This document shows, piece by piece, positions 24,015 to 38,850 of a stretch of DNA of 64,000 nt; the stretch's first letter is position 1, and the number at the start of each line of letters is the position of its first letter. The notes under the pieces are model-generated. The model had not been told where the DNA came from and made no database searches. It saw only the letters and a list, made by a program, of their open reading frames with translations. Position numbers and translations under genes: made by a program. Source of the DNA: Antedon mediterranea (lineage: Eukaryota; Animalia; Echinodermata); assembly GCF_964355755.1 (NCBI RefSeq), contig NC_092672.1:15376001-15440000 (forward strand), read 5' to 3'.

Positions 24015-26470
24015 ACATTTATTTTTTTTCATTTTATTGCACAAACATAACATAAAACGTGAAAGTGGAGCAGTGAGGAGAGACAAAAGCTGTCAAAGAC
24101 TACTATCGCTAAAGGGCGTGCCTCTCCAACTCCAACATTCATACAGATATGCACTAAAAACTAATTATTGTATTATATAAAATTGCACTATAAAAAAAAA
24201 AATAATATATATATATATATGTATAAAGATGAATACAGGATTAAGATTATAATATACAGCATTTAAAATTACCCACTATTAATTAATCAAATCACTTTAG
24301 ATTAAGTTACTACAATCATGAATTTGATTAAGGTGATTACTAAGCTTTCTCTTAAAATAGGTCCAAGAGATACAGACAAATGTATCTTTGACATCAAAAG
24401 GCAAGGAATTCCAGATCCTCACAAATCTAGCAGTAATGCTAAATTTACCCGAATCCGTACTTGTTCTTAAAGAAATAAAGAACATTTTTTCAACACGGCG
24501 AGAGCTCTGTTGAATATTGTCAAGTATAATTGAACTATTGGAACACATGGAAAATAATAAACGACAAACATATAAAGTAGTAAAATAATCCCGCTTTGCA
24601 GCAGTAGTACACATTTTAAGGACGATGAGCCTGTTCTCATACGAGTCTTCTTGCCTTTTCTGATTTAAAAGGAAATGGGTGGCACGACGTTGGATTAATT
24701 CAATTTGTTTTATATTTTCTTTACGGTATGGATGCCAGATGTTACAGAAATATTGAATATGTGGCAAAATAAGAGATGAATACAATTTTAAAAGAACTTT
24801 AGATGAACAGTTATTAGCTACAGAATGAATAAACCCAATCATTTTATATGATTTAGAGGTCACTTTCTCGACGTGATTGCTCCATGACAAGTTGTGGGAA
24901 ATCATGACACCAAGGATATTCATATGTTTGACATTATTAAGATGTTGACCATTCAATACATATTAAGGGACCTTTGGTTTATGTTGTTGAGTAATTGACA
25001 AAACCTGACATTTATTAAGTGACAATAAGTTTAGTTCTGACCATCTCTGGATACAGTAGTAGTCTTGTAAAATTTGTATATCATTTTCAAAGTCGATGCA
25101 TCTTGAAATAAAGGTGTCATCTGCATATTGAAATGGCCTTGTTGTCAATTTAGATGTAAGTAAGTAAGATAAAACATTAGTCCAAGAAGAGCAGTTACCT
25201 TGATAGACAACACGTTGTTGCCTACCACAAACAAAAGATTCCAACCAACTGAGAAGCTTGCCACCGATACTATACGTTCGCTCCAGCTTGGTTGTAAGGA
25301 TGTTATGGGATATCGAATCAAATGCACGGGAATAATCAAAAGAGACCACATTGATACGCACAGCATCTCTATCAAGACCAAGGGTCCACGAAGTAGTTGA
25401 TTCGTCAAGTAGCGTATCGCAAGATTTCCTTTATGTAAACCTGTGTTGCCAGTAGTACATAAGGCCGAATTCATTAAGGTGTTCAGTTAGATCCTCATCA
25501 CAAGATTTTCAAGGGTTTTACAAAACAGTGACGTCAATGTGACCGGTCTGTAATTTTTCAATTGCGACTTATCGTCCTTTTTATAAATAGGAACAATGTT
25601 GGTCTGCTTCCATGCTATTGGAAGCTCGCCAGACTATAATTATAAAAATCAGCAAGTACAGGACAGATCGTATACGCACACAGTCGCAGCATCATACATG
25701 TTACACCGTCGGGACCTGCGGCCTTTTGAGTCGTTTTCATAATTATTTTCAGGATCCGATCAGGATGAATATACATGTTGGTCAATTTTGGAACCTTGCA
25801 AAAAGGTCATCTGTATCAGCAGTGAAATATGATGAGAATAGATTATTAAATGATTGAGCAATTTTAGATGGGTCGTTGCACAGTGATATATTTACATTAA
25901 AACAGCCAGTATCTACTGTTTTTTTCTTTGATTTAATATGGGACGTTGTCATGTTCGCTGATCAGATTGTTCAAAACACAACTATACGAGCGTTGAATTG
26001 AATATTTCACATGGTTTCTAACTTTCTTAAATTTATTCCAATCATCAACGTTGCCTGATTGTTTGAACCGCTTAAACAATCTGCGTTTAATGTGAATGAG
26101 TTTCTTATCCTCAATGGATATCCACGGTTTTGACCACTTGCGTTTTGTTTTATGCGGTATACAATCATTAATACACGTCATGAACGTTGTTAAAAACTTA
26201 TTCCACGTGTCATTAACGGTACCTGAAAAATAGATTCCATTGATATTTATTTATGGTATAAACTTTAGGAGGTAACGCTGCAACTCTAGGTTTTTTGCAG
26301 TGGTCAGAGGTTGAAAATGGCTCAGAAACCCGAATATCACATAATCGATCTGTTTTTTTGGAAAAAATGAAGTCGATAGTAGATCTACAATCCTTAGATA
26401 TTCTAGTAGATTCATGCACATGCATTGGAACCCCAAGCGACATGGTCCAATTATTTAACATCCGATAATT
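24015..26470 (-). mobile_element. CR1-group LINE, decayed (endonuclease C-terminus, RT, 3' UTR and A-rich tail)
   Basis: Fragments STRI..TIDFIF..SDHC, KPWIS, FDYSRAFDSISH, QYADDT, LGVMISHNLSWSNHV, IWNSLP across frameshifted ORFs. A T-rich tract at ~24015-24035 is the tail. Confidence 0.9.
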
Positions 26471-27360
26471 TCTAGAGTTCACATTATCATTGGACTTCAT
26501 TTCACTCTTCTTTTGTTTCCGAAATAGGCGTAACTGTTTTTGGTTTGTTCTTTTCATGTTTGTTACTTGGCAATACAGAGATATATTGGAAAGATGTGGG
26601 ATGGTTGGCCATTGGGAAGACCGGGTACCTCATATCTTAGGGACGTGATTGAACTAATTAGAAATTCCTTTCACTGCACAAAGTGTAGGGGCAGAAATCA
26701 AGACGATTCTGGCAGGCTGTTTGCATTGTCGCTTAACCCCCGAAACTTGTTCAACTGAGGATTTGTTTCATTTTTGTAGGCCCAACAGTAAACATCATCG
26801 TTTACGGCTGCCAATAGAATTTTTATTATGCAATAATAAAAAGATTATGCAATTTATGACCTGAAGAAAATAAAATGTTGTTAGTCTGCTCTCTATTTTG
26901 TTTCTAAGTATATGATTATACAGTACACACTATAGAGTATCACGGTGCTGACGTCACGTCGGTAGATGGCGTTGCGTGGTTGCTAGCGCAACCAAAAATG
27001 CGTTCAACCTGTCCGAGTGACTCCAAGGTCACCAATGGTTTGAAATAGGCTTATTGAATTAGTCATTTTAAAATTTAATAATATATATTATATTTAATAA
27101 TATAACTAATGAAACAATGTTTAGAAAATGATATCTTAAGTAATGTGTGATGTTTTACGTATAAAGTTAAATTTTTTCATTCTTCACACATTCAATTATT
27201 TTAATTATTTCTTGTTTAATGTATAATACCATATCAAGTAGTAGTAGTAGAAAGGATTAGAAATTATTGTAGGGTTTTCTTAATTAAGTCAATCCAGTGT
27301 TCTATACAGAAAAGAGTAACCAGTGACCTTAACATCAATGAATTGTTTAATTTTCACCAA

Positions 27361-29280
27361 CCCAGCAAATACAGAATGTTTGTAATTTTGTTTTTTTAAG
27401 GTTTGGTTTTTCTAAAACGTATTAAACACGTTTTTTCAACGTTTCTGTGTAGAAATAAATTTTATAATCGAACAATGTTTGCATCAAAACGTTAATATAA
27501 GAACATTGTAATAACGAATGCAAAAGACTAAAAAAGGTCTGTCAAACAGAAGAACGAAATCAAAACATTTTAAAAACGATTTTAAAACATTGTTTTTTTA
27601 ACATTGCAGTTTATGGGAAATTACGTTACACGAAGACATAGAAAAAACTTTATAATAACTAATGCAAAACACTAAAAAAGTCTGTCAAACAGAAAAATGA
27701 AATCAAAACGTTTACAGAACGTTATAATATAATGAAATAATTACCAATTTTCAGAACAATTGTGATCGTCTTTTCGAAAAGTTTTAAAAACAATTTTAAA
27801 CGTTTTAACATTGCAGTTTATAGGAAATTACGTTACACAAAGACATAGAAAAAATGTTATAGAAACGTATGTAAAAAAACTAAACACAAGGGTATTGATA
27901 AAGCGAAATCAAAACCTTGAAAAAACATTATTTGAAAACTAAATTTTTACTAATCTTTAGATAAAATGTAAGCGTTTTTAAAATGACTTTATTAACATTG
28001 CATTTTTATTTGCAGCAAAACGTAACAAAAACGTTATAAAAATGTATGTACAAAACTAAACACAAGGTATGCATAAAGCGAAATCAAATAATATGATAAT
28101 GATAATATTAATATGAAACGTATCAAAAATAATTTTTTAACGTTATAATGTGAATGCAGTGCCCATGTGACGATGACGTTTTGATGACGTCAACATTTTT
28201 AAAAGTGTTCGTTAACTAAAAATCATCAGAGACTGTCAAATATACCATGCTCTACAACATTTGTTATACTGAGATCACTTATGTATTTTAACATTTGCAA
28301 AGGAGAGGTAAGTTATATCTTTTCATACTGTACTGTATTGCATTCAACTATATCTGACAAGGTCAAGACAAGAAACCATGGTTTAGTAGGCTCTACATTT
28401 TATTTGTATCAAAGATAATATGTGTATTTAAAATCAAATATCTTGTTTGTTTTTGTTTTTGTTTTATAGATCATGACTATTTTTGTTAAATTGTATTTTT
28501 CTTTTAGTTTTGTTTAGTTGAGGCGAGGAACTCGCCATCTGGTCGCTCTTAATAAAGAGAAAACCGCCTATATTTCGAGTATAAAAAGCAAGTTTAGACT
28601 ACATCATTATCACGGTAATTCTAAAAATGCCTGGGTAGTACAAATTAAACACGTTATTGGTTACACTAATTATTTGAATAATATTATTGTTTATTCAAAT
28701 TACAGTGGAACAAAATCATGACCTGAGCCACACATCAATAGAATTGACCCTTGAGACAAATGATGTACATTCATTAAATGTTGTGATTACGTTTGTTCCG
28801 AACTTGATCTGGATGATGACTTTCCCATTACTCTGTTAATTACTCGTTCATATTTGTCAGAAACCTGTTCAAGTTCATGTAGGAGATATAGGTGACAACA
28901 TTACACTGTATATCTAGTCTTCTAAAACTGCTTATATAACATTTTTAAAACTCCAGAAATAACGTTTTTAATACAAAAATAGCGTTTTTAAAACTCCAGA
29001 AATAACGTTTTTAATACAAAAATAGCGTTTTTAAAACCAAAACAATACGTCAAAACAAAACTCCACAAAAAGCAAAATATGTTTTTAAAACTGACATTTT
29101 AGGTTATATTTACGTGTAAAATCTGCGTTTGAAAGTTGCAATAAAACGCTTGTATAACGTTTTTAATACAAAAAATGGCGTTTTTAAAACCAAAACAATA
29201 CGTCAAAAAACATTACTTTAACTTCATTTAAATATCATTATTTCATTATATATACTGTAACGAAATTGCGTTCTTCTGGG
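27361..29280. mobile_element. Possible CMC/EnSpm-like non-autonomous element with AAAACGTT-rich subterminal repeats
   Basis: Inverted ends ACCAACCCAG / CTGGGTTGGT, many AACGTT motifs, and internal direct repeats (e.g. ~43 bp twice at 28942-29030). No clear TSD. Confidence 0.45.
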
Positions 29281-30447
29281 TTGGTCCCCTGCAGGGAAGT
29301 CTGCTGCTTGTACCAATCCTCACTCTCACCAAAATAAACAAATACAAGGAACTTATTTTGAGGTGTTCTCATTTTATTGTTTCCCCAGATTAATGATCAA
29401 CAGCCAGGGGCGGATCTAGGATTTTGATAAAGAGGGGGCCGATATGGGAAAAATAATCATCTAGGGGGTCTAGATGCCCGGAGATAGCATCTGAGGCGTT
29501 TTGACCAGTCGATTCTTGTCATATAATTATCTGAATATAGTGGGTTTTATAGACCATATTTTTAAATATATTAAAATATACAGAACTGGTTTTTTTGCGC
29601 CTAGAGCCTGTTTTCCCGTCACGAATTTTTACACATTTTTTACGCGATCGTTTATGGTTTCTTGGTTCTTTCGACGTTGCTGGGACACATGGAATTGAAG
29701 TTTTGCAAAGCCAAGGCCGGTCACGCGCAGCAGCCGGGCCCGTGTGAAAATTGAAAAAGTTACGGGTTGATGCTTCAACCCAGCCGGCCTAGGACATGTT
29801 TTCGCGGATATCTTAATCTAGTCTTTACACTAAAGACAAACATTACATTTTTTAACTATTTGATTGGTCAGTTTTACCGATCGTGTAACGTTGAAGTTGA
29901 ACTTGGTTCAACTTTTTAAAAAAATTGAAGATTTTAACGATTTTTAATGTTGATTATTTTATCTAGAAATATTATTTTATAAATCCTTTCAAAAAACATT
30001 TTTAAAACGTTACAAAAATATGTTATTTCAATGTTCGCAAAACTCCACAAATTCACGTTTTGAAAACATTTATTCAAAACCAAACCAGTATGTTTTTTTA
30101 GCATAAAATTGTTAGCTGACCAAGGTCGAAGAAACTCGGGTCCAGTTACATTGGTGTTTATTGGTCAATGGGAATTGAACAGACACACTTATGGGTGGTG
30201 ACAAAGTTTAGTTATTCATAAATTGTCTTTGGAAAAAAACATTAGTTGGTTAACGACTTCGTAACGGTAACCGGGGCTTCTGCGTCTAATGTACTGAATC
30301 TAGCTTAAAAATATGGTGAACTGGGACAAAATTGTAGGTTTTTGTTGTTTTTTCTGTAAATTTTTGTTCAGATTACCGGCTACCCTTTCTAATGTTTTTA
30401 TGAATTACGATCAATATTAACAGATCACTAATGACCTTGTGTATGTG

Positions 30448-32812
30448 CAGTGGCATATCCAGGATTTTGAAGTTTGCCGACAAAATTAGTGTCATTAGGC
30501 CTACCTGTACATCTGATCAATATATGTTCTAGGATTGCATAGTCATATTGTCTTATATGGGATAACGATGCAAAATTAAAACCAAATTAAACATTATCTG
30601 TTAGTATGTTGTATTAATATTACAATATAGAAAGATTTACGAAAATCTGTATTGTAGTTTTCGAAATATAGGGTCAAAAACATCGACGAAAATGATCATT
30701 TTTAGCCACGAAAGAAGTAAAACAAATTGCGGCTTTAACTACGCCATTTTTGGTTAAAATAATTACATATTACATTTTTTAGTAATTTGTTTTATATACC
30801 ACCATTGGAAATATCAATAAAACATGTTATTAAATGCTTGTTGTTTACTTACGAAATTCGGACAAATTCATTGCTCTAACTTTGTGTAGTAACGACCATA
30901 GAGACCATATGACTTCATGGTACACGCGCGAGAGAAAACATTCCGCTGCGAGTGATTCGCATCCACCAATCAAATCAGCCAGAATCCAAAATCATTCAAC
31001 CGTGAGCAATGCCAATCACGAGAAAGCTCAGCTTTAATTGGCTTACGATGACATCATATCACAAAATGGTGGTTTTGTAGTTGAGCCTCACAGAATATTC
31101 TGTTCCAAAAATGTGTGCTTTTTCTTTAAAAAATTTTAATAATAAAGGCCTCATATCGAGGGGAAAAAACCGAGTTTTTGGCACTTATAATAAATATATC
31201 TTAGAGAAAAAAGGAGTAAAGCGCAGGATTGGTCATTTTGGAGTTTTCAGAGCTTATACTTGTGTTGTAGCATACAGGTGCTATTTGTTTACTATTATTT
31301 GCTATTATTGCTGTATCAAGTATAGCAATTACACAGCTATTTGTTTGCTATTAATTGCTATTATTGCTGTATCAGGTATAGCAATTACACAGCTATTTGT
31401 TTGCTATTAATTGCTATTACTGCTGTATCAAGTATAGCAATTACACAGGTATTTGTTTGCTATTAATTGCTATTACTGCTGTATCAGGTATAGCAATTAC
31501 ACAGCTATTTGTTTGCTATTAATTGCTATTACTGCTGTATCAGGTATAGCAATTACACAGCTATTTGTTTGCTATTAATTGCTATTACTGCTGTATCAGG
31601 TATAGCAATTACACAGCTATTTGTTTGCTATTAATTGCTATTACTGCTGTATCAGGTATAGCAATTACACAGCTATTTGTTTGCTATTAATTGCTATTAC
31701 TGCTGTATCAGGTATAGCAATTACACAGCTATTTGTTTGCTATTAATTGCTATTACTGCTGTATCAGGTATAGCAATTACACAGCTATTTGTTTGCTATT
31801 AATTGCTATTACTGCTGTATCAGGTATAGCAATTACACAGGTATTTGTTTGCTATTAATTGCTATTACTGCTGTATCAGGTATAGCAATTACACAGGTAT
31901 TTGTTTGCTATTAATTGCTATTACTGCTGTATCAGGTATAGCAATTACACAGCTATTTGTTTGCTATTAATTGCTATTACTGCTGTATCAGGTATAGCAA
32001 TTACACAGCTATTTGTTTGCTATTAATTGCTATTACTGCTGTATCAGGTATAGCAATTACACAGCTATTTGTTTGCTATTAATTGCTATTACTGCTGTAT
32101 CAGGTATAGCAATTACACAGGTATTTGTTTGCTATTAATTGCTATTACTGCTGTATCAGGTATAGCAATTACACAGGTATTTGTTTGCTATTAATTGCTA
32201 TTACTGCTGTATCAGGTATAGCAATTACACAGCTATTTGTTTGCTATTAATTGCTATTACTGCTGTATCAGGTATAGCAATTACACAGGTATTTGTTTGC
32301 TATTAATTGCTATTACTGCTGTATCAAGTATAGCATTTACACACCTTTTTGTTTGCTATTTATTGCTATGACCAATCTTGCTCCTTAGTGGAAAAAAGCA
32401 CATGGCATGTGGAACTATATTTAAATCTTAGCATAGGAAGACATACAAATCCCAGGTCATGAGAGGCTCAACTGCAAAAACAAGGTTGATCACCGGACTG
32501 TTCAAAGACTTATGAGTAAACAATCTAGCGTGTACGGCCGTACGTGCTAGATGATAAGATATTTTAACCACATTTTTTACGTGTATTAGATGTAATGAAA
32601 ATAACAAATAGTTGATCTGAAGGGAATGATATGATATGTAAATAAACAAACACTCAAAAGAATTAAGTTTACAGTTCAATTATTGTCAGAATAATAGTTT
32701 ATTCTTATTTGCCTTACTTTATTTTTTTTTCCGGCACCTTTGTTTGCCGACGGACACCAAATCAGGCAGGGCCTGGCCCCCCCCCCCCGGCCCCCCACTG
32801 GATACGCCACTG
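30448..32812. mobile_element. hAT-type non-autonomous element carrying a minisatellite
   Basis: TIRs CAGTGGCATATCCAG / CTGGATACGCCACTG and a perfect 8-bp TSD TGTATGTG (30440-30447, 32813-32820). Confidence 0.88.
31280..32367. repeat. Minisatellite, ~19 copies of a 56-bp unit
   Basis: Unit GCTATTTGTTTGCTATTAATTGCTATTACTGCTGTATCAGGTATAGCAATTACACA, itself built from TGCTATT sub-repeats. Confidence 0.97.
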
Positions 32813-32999
32813 TGTATGTGTTTTTATTGGTAAATTGCATTATTTAGATTGTTAGAGAGGCTACTACAGTACTATACATTATACTCTACTGTACTATTCT
32901 ATTCACCTTCAATCTGTAACCTGAGTCCTCTACATTATTCCCACAGGTAACGGTACATTTTAATTGTACTTGTAACATCCATTACTTGTAGTAGACTTA

Positions 33000-33583
33000 G
33001 GCTGTGTTTATACAACACCCTAAATTTGAACACGTCTTTAATTTTTAGCGTGTTGCACGGGCCGAGGTCAGTTATACATGAAATCGTAATACCGTGTTTA
33101 CCGTAGTTCATAATCCTAAGTTGTATATATACTTGCATGCATTATGAATTAATATGAGTTTATATTAAGGATTTTAATAAAGGATGATTTCGTTTAAAAT
33201 TTAGTTTATTCAATTATTGATTTTTTAAATCTGCTTTTGAAATTAGAAAAAAAAATGTTTTAGAATTAGAATAAAACTATGCTACATTTTGCCAAATTAT
33301 GCCAACATTTGATTAGCGTTAATGTTAAGTGCTAAATCGATTAAAATATGCAAAAAAAGCACAATTATCTACTAGATTTGGTCAACATTTTATATTTTTA
33401 TTTAACGAGAGGTCAAAGCAATACCCTGAGGACACTTCCAACATGCCAACAGCAACCGGGAATCCAAAAAATTTTAGGATTCAGCCAAGTAGCCTTTTTT
33501 GCAATTAAAATCTCATTACACGAAATCTCTTCGATGTTATACAACACACTTCTCGTAGGCGTGTTGAATATGCGTGTAATAGT
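33000..33583. mobile_element. Second (inverted, one end eroded) copy of the 2724-3666 MITE
   Basis: GGCTGTGTTTATACAACACCCTAAATTTGAACAC matches 3666-3634 in reverse; 33470-33583 matches 2745-2858 in reverse. Confidence 0.8.
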
Positions 33584-34139
33584 ATACCCTTGTCCACAAT
33601 TACACCTATGTGTTTATTATTTTTCTAGAAGAAATAGTATTAAATTTTCATTGTAATTAATTGTAAAAAGAGGAAACAGAACTTTTGAAAAAATAAACAC
33701 TAAATAGTATCTTTTATCAATGATCCACAATCACCATTGCCTCACTGCACATGTCTTGCCTGTAATTGCAGTAGTTTATGCTACTTTTCTAAATAGCGCC
33801 CTCTGGGATGTTAGCAAACTCTCTATCCATCATTGTAGATTTGATTGATTCAAGTTGTTTTGATATGTTGTAAAGTTTGAAATACCAATTTCTATAATTG
33901 TAACTAAATTTACTCATATCGATTGAAATGTATGTGTAATGTTAGAGATACAGACGAGGCTACTACACAGTACTATACATATTGTACTATACTTCATTCT
34001 AGTCACCTTCCTGTAACCGAGTCCTCTCAGTAACAGTACATTCTAATTGTACTTGTAACATTCATTACATGCAGTAGACTTATACACTTGTTCACAATTA
34101 CACCTATACCTATTTTTTTATAGAAGAGATAGTATTTCA

Positions 34140-36619
34140 TCTATATATAAATTTACGTAAGGGCAAAATTCGGTAAATCGCGCCTTACTTCTAGAATTTT
34201 CACTCGATGGTATGTAAAGTTGATTCGTACTTTCGGTACTGATTTTAACCGCCTGATGTAACCCTGTTTACTAATTAAATTGAGTTAGATAATTAGTTAT
34301 TGACGATTAAAACGAATTTAGGTTCAAAGATTTGCCCCAAATAGGGGTGTTTTCCGATCGTGGTATACACTGTCTAATGGATGTCCATCTTGAAAAATAC
34401 CCGCCAAAAAAATGCGAGGAGGCTTCGCATTTTTCTATCTCCTCCTACGATAATTGTTTTTAATAGCTGAAAACCGGTTGAACAGCTAGAGTACACCATC
34501 ATAATGTTGAAGACAGGCCGATTTTCTTTAAAAAATACTATTTTGATAGATTTAATATACGATTATACAAATGTATTGATTTGCGATGAATGGAACATCC
34601 CAATCTCTCAGTCTGCCAGAGTTTGGTTTAACACAAGTACTGTAGGTAAATTTATGAGCCCTTGGTTTAACACATACAGTAGGTAAATATATGGGCCCTT
34701 TGAGAATAAACTTGCAATACTTTGACAATACTGTAAATACCTATTAACTATTTTTCATTTGAATCGAACATTTCTTACTGTGAATGTTCGTACTGTTAGA
34801 TTTAATATAAAAATATATACAAATAAACTTTATTACTGAGACTGTGGATAGGCTCTACTGTTAGATATACAAATAAACTTTATACTGACAGTTCCTTCTC
34901 AACGTTTGTATTAATTAATAATTACCAAAAATATAAACGTCATAGTGGTGTATCGTGACATGTACTTTAATATTTCAATCGATTATGACAGTGACAGTTT
35001 TAACAAAGTATTAAATCGCAAATGTTTTAGGCCTACTGTATTTAGAGGTATATTATTTATAGGCCTATAAAACATGAACAAAATATTTCGTTACTCAGTG
35101 GATAAAGAATATATTTAAAAATTGTTCCTCTTTGTACCTATCCGCTTTCCCATCCCTCAACCCTAATGTTACATAGCGAGGAGGCTTCGCATTTTCCTAT
35201 CTCCTCCTACGATAATTGTTTTTAATAGCTGAAAACCGGTTGAACAGCTAGAGTACACCATCATAATGTTGAAGACAGGCCGATTTTCTTTAAAAAATAC
35301 TATTTTGATAGATTTAATATACGATTATACAAATGTATTGATTTGCGATGAATGGAACATCCAGTTTGGTTTAACACAAGTACTGTAGGTAAATTTATGA
35401 GCCCTTGGTTTAACACAAACGGTAGGTAAATATATGGGCCCTTTGAGAATAAACTTGCAATAGGTTCGGAAAATGTTAAAAACCAATTTCTATTATTTGA
35501 ATCGGTAAACAGTTTCCATTTATTATACATTGATAATGAAACATGAAATATTCCTATTTATGTCCCTCGAGGTTCATTACAATTTATATTTAGTAGTCCC
35601 ACGGACTTCATCTTTTAGCCACTCCCCCGAGTGCTAAGGCCAAATTTATGATACCCTACTTTCTATGTAAGTTTAGTTACAGTTAGTTCTTGACGATAAT
35701 ACAACGAATTTAGGTTACACCCTTCGGCCGCGAAAACGTTTCTGTACAAATATGATACCGATTGGCTTTATTTCATTCAACAGCGACCATAATCTCGCCA
35801 ATTACAGGATAGATAAACTATTTTATTATTGATGTGCTTATAAATTAAGACTCATGTAAACAGCTTGATTACATCATTTTACAGACAAACGAAAGTTTTT
35901 TAAACCTACTGTTTCAATAACTGAGTATAATACTGTATACGTTTTCATAAGTAAGTGCATATACATTTTCGTGTTTTCATTGACGAGATTGTAATAGTAA
36001 CTTCAGTAACTATTACAGTACTTATTTATTATACGACACAAGACAATTGTATCTGACAGGTACGTACATTATTCTAAAAAATAAGTCTAGATAGATCCCT
36101 AGGCGTCATAAATCACAGGCCAACAAATCAGTACTCATGACAGAAATTCGACCCAGTTTGGTTCACACAAATGTTTACAGGAAGTTCAACACCACAACCG
36201 ATGATTTGCCCTAAATATTTAGGTAGACTACAGTTTAATTTTTCACTGAATAGGAGCTTGAATTTCCGATTTCCATTTCGCAGAATGTCTAGGTCTATTT
36301 ATTTAGTTTGGTTCTTATAATATATAAATACAATCAACTTTATTACTGCGGTTCCATCACCACCACCACGTGCCGCCGCCCAATTCCCGTACATACATTT
36401 CCATTTCTCCCTAATTTCTTTAATCCACATAAATTAATTGTCCTTTATGGAATCCAGTATTGGTTTTGTTGTCTCTATTTCTGAATACCCCAATTAGGGG
36501 GACACTTCCGTTTTTGTTTAGTGTCCCAAAAAAGTCCCCGTCCGTGGATTCTACTGTATTCGAGAACCATCTGTGAGCACCCCTAGATGGTACGCGAGCG
36601 AAGCGAGCGTGCCATCTAG
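34140..36619 (+). mobile_element. Non-autonomous Helitron
   Basis: Inserted between A and T; 5' TC (TCTATATAT); 3' hairpin CTAGATGGTACGC..GCGTGCCATCTAG ending in CTAG; no TSD. The empty site is visible in the local duplicate near 33650. Internal ~290-bp direct duplication (34415-34720 / 35177-35462). Confidence 0.85.
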
Positions 36620-38850
36620 TTGTAAATAGAGAGGAGATATGTATGACTTTAAAAAAACATAACCACCCTCATGTAAAATGCCTGACGTGTATAGGCTTAA
36701 AAAAAAACATTACTCCAGATGTAAACCACTAAGATATTGTTGCTACAGTCAAGTTAGTACTGTATTGTTAAACACCATGCAGTGTTTTTGGCTTAGTCAG
36801 CCGTAAAGTTGTTAATTTGCATAACAAATGTGTCCGCTTATAAAAGGAAACGAAGATACAGAATCTATGTTAGTAAGTTACTGTTTACAAGTGTTACAGT
36901 GTATAAAAACAGTGTTAACGTAGATAGATAGAAGGTTATAACCGGTACAAGCAGTGGTGTTGTTAAGCCAGCTCGCCGGTAAGCAGTGGTATTGTGTTAA
37001 GACAGCTAAAATAAAAGGAATATACCGATGTTTGTACTGTTGAATTGTTGTTTGTCTACTGCGTTTTAGAAACAGCAACTACTACCAAATTTATTGCGTA
37101 ACAGCAATAAAATATAACTAACCACCTTAATGTAAATCGCCTGACCTGTAAACTTAAAAAAACTTGAGATGTCAACTGCCTGACGTAAATAACCTTACCT
37201 AAAAAAAATATAAAAAAACATCACACAGGATGTACACGACCCAAATCTTTATGTAAATCACTTGGCGTGTATAACCTTACCTAAAAAGACAAGTATACAA
37301 CTTTTAAAATTTCAGGTCTAATATACTAACTAAATGGTTTGATTAAAATTTGGGGTAAAATCAATTAAAAGTTTATTCCAAATGTTCCAAATTATTGCAT
37401 TGTTTAAACACTGCATTGTTGGTGGCCAACTAACATCAACTGTTTGTATGTAGTTTGCAATGCCATACTGGATGTTTAAGCACAACATGGATTTTTTTGC
37501 TCCATGTTCCCACAGTAATGTAGTATGTAATGTGATACCTAGACGCAATGTTTCCGGAACCACCGGTAGGTGGCGTTGTACACAACTAAAGCTTTTACGG
37601 AACACACTTCATTACTTTCGTAGTGGAAAATCAGGTAAACCCAGATATGTATGTTGTAGCCAACATTTTGACATTGTATTGCATGGAATACCTTAGAATG
37701 GTTTCAAGAGGGTTGGAAACGCTGAAAAAGATACGAAACAGTATATATCTGAGCCAAAAAGTGAATTTTATGATTTTATTTAAAAGACCTGTGACATCAT
37801 AAAGAACGTCATCTTCGGCATTATTTCAGAAGCAACGTCTTCGGAAGCATTGGGATGCTCTGAAATGCTACCAATCAAAGTTCAAAGTTCAAGAAAAGAT
37901 ATGTCAACCTTGTTGTGATTGGTCGGTTAAAATGCCTACATAATGGCCTCCTACTAAAATGTATTTCATAATATAGAGCAAATTTTGACATGATAAAAAT
38001 GGCTTGCATACCTCATACAAAGCGTAGAAAAATATTTTTTGCAATTGACTTTTGTTTTTCATACGTTCTGTAGTAGATTTCATTCACTTTGATGATCATT
38101 TATTTCAAATTAACGATGCACGTGCACATTAAACTTTAGAAATTGTGTGTTAAAGAATAGGTAATATAATGCAAATTTGTAAAAAAATATACCTATTTTT
38201 ATTCAGTTATAGCTTATCAGGATGGCTGGTTACCCCATTTTGAAAAATTTATTATGGAAGCTGATGAGTTGTAGATATCAATTCATGTAAAATTTGTACC
38301 TACCGGTTGTTTTGACGTCATCATGGCCACTTAAATTTTTAGAATAGAATTTTTTTCACTTTTGTACTAGTTAATACAACTTAATAGAGCGCATTTTCTC
38401 CTAGATTTTAATACGTTTTTTCTCAATCAATTCTCTTTCACATGAATTACAAAGATTTAATTTTTGTTACGTCATCATATAAAAATATTAGAATAAAGTG
38501 AGTTACTTAATTTCATCCTTACAGTATATTTTATATTTTTGTTATAGCTCATTGGAATGAAAAGTGACCCACATGATTAAAACTTATTATGGAAGTTGCT
38601 GAATTGTAGATATGAATTCATATACAAATTTTGTCTATCTGATGTCATGATGTTATCATTTGGCCAGTTGACTTAAAAAAGTCAGATTTTCATCTCTTTC
38701 GTAAAAGGTCATCACGTTTAAAAGAACGCATCTCACTTTTACGTGCCCAAATTTCTTCAAATTTTCATTAATGTAAGATAAGATAAGATAAATCTTTATT
38801 GTCATGAATACAACAAGGCGAACATGAAATTGGTTTTCCTTGATGCTTAA

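Noticed and set aside
31081-31410. 109-aa hydrophobic ORF
   Set aside because: It runs into the 56-bp minisatellite and its composition derives from the repeat.
37330-37740. Cys/His-rich, coding-like stretch
   Set aside because: No frame gave a motif I could recognise; possibly a TE remnant but unsupported.
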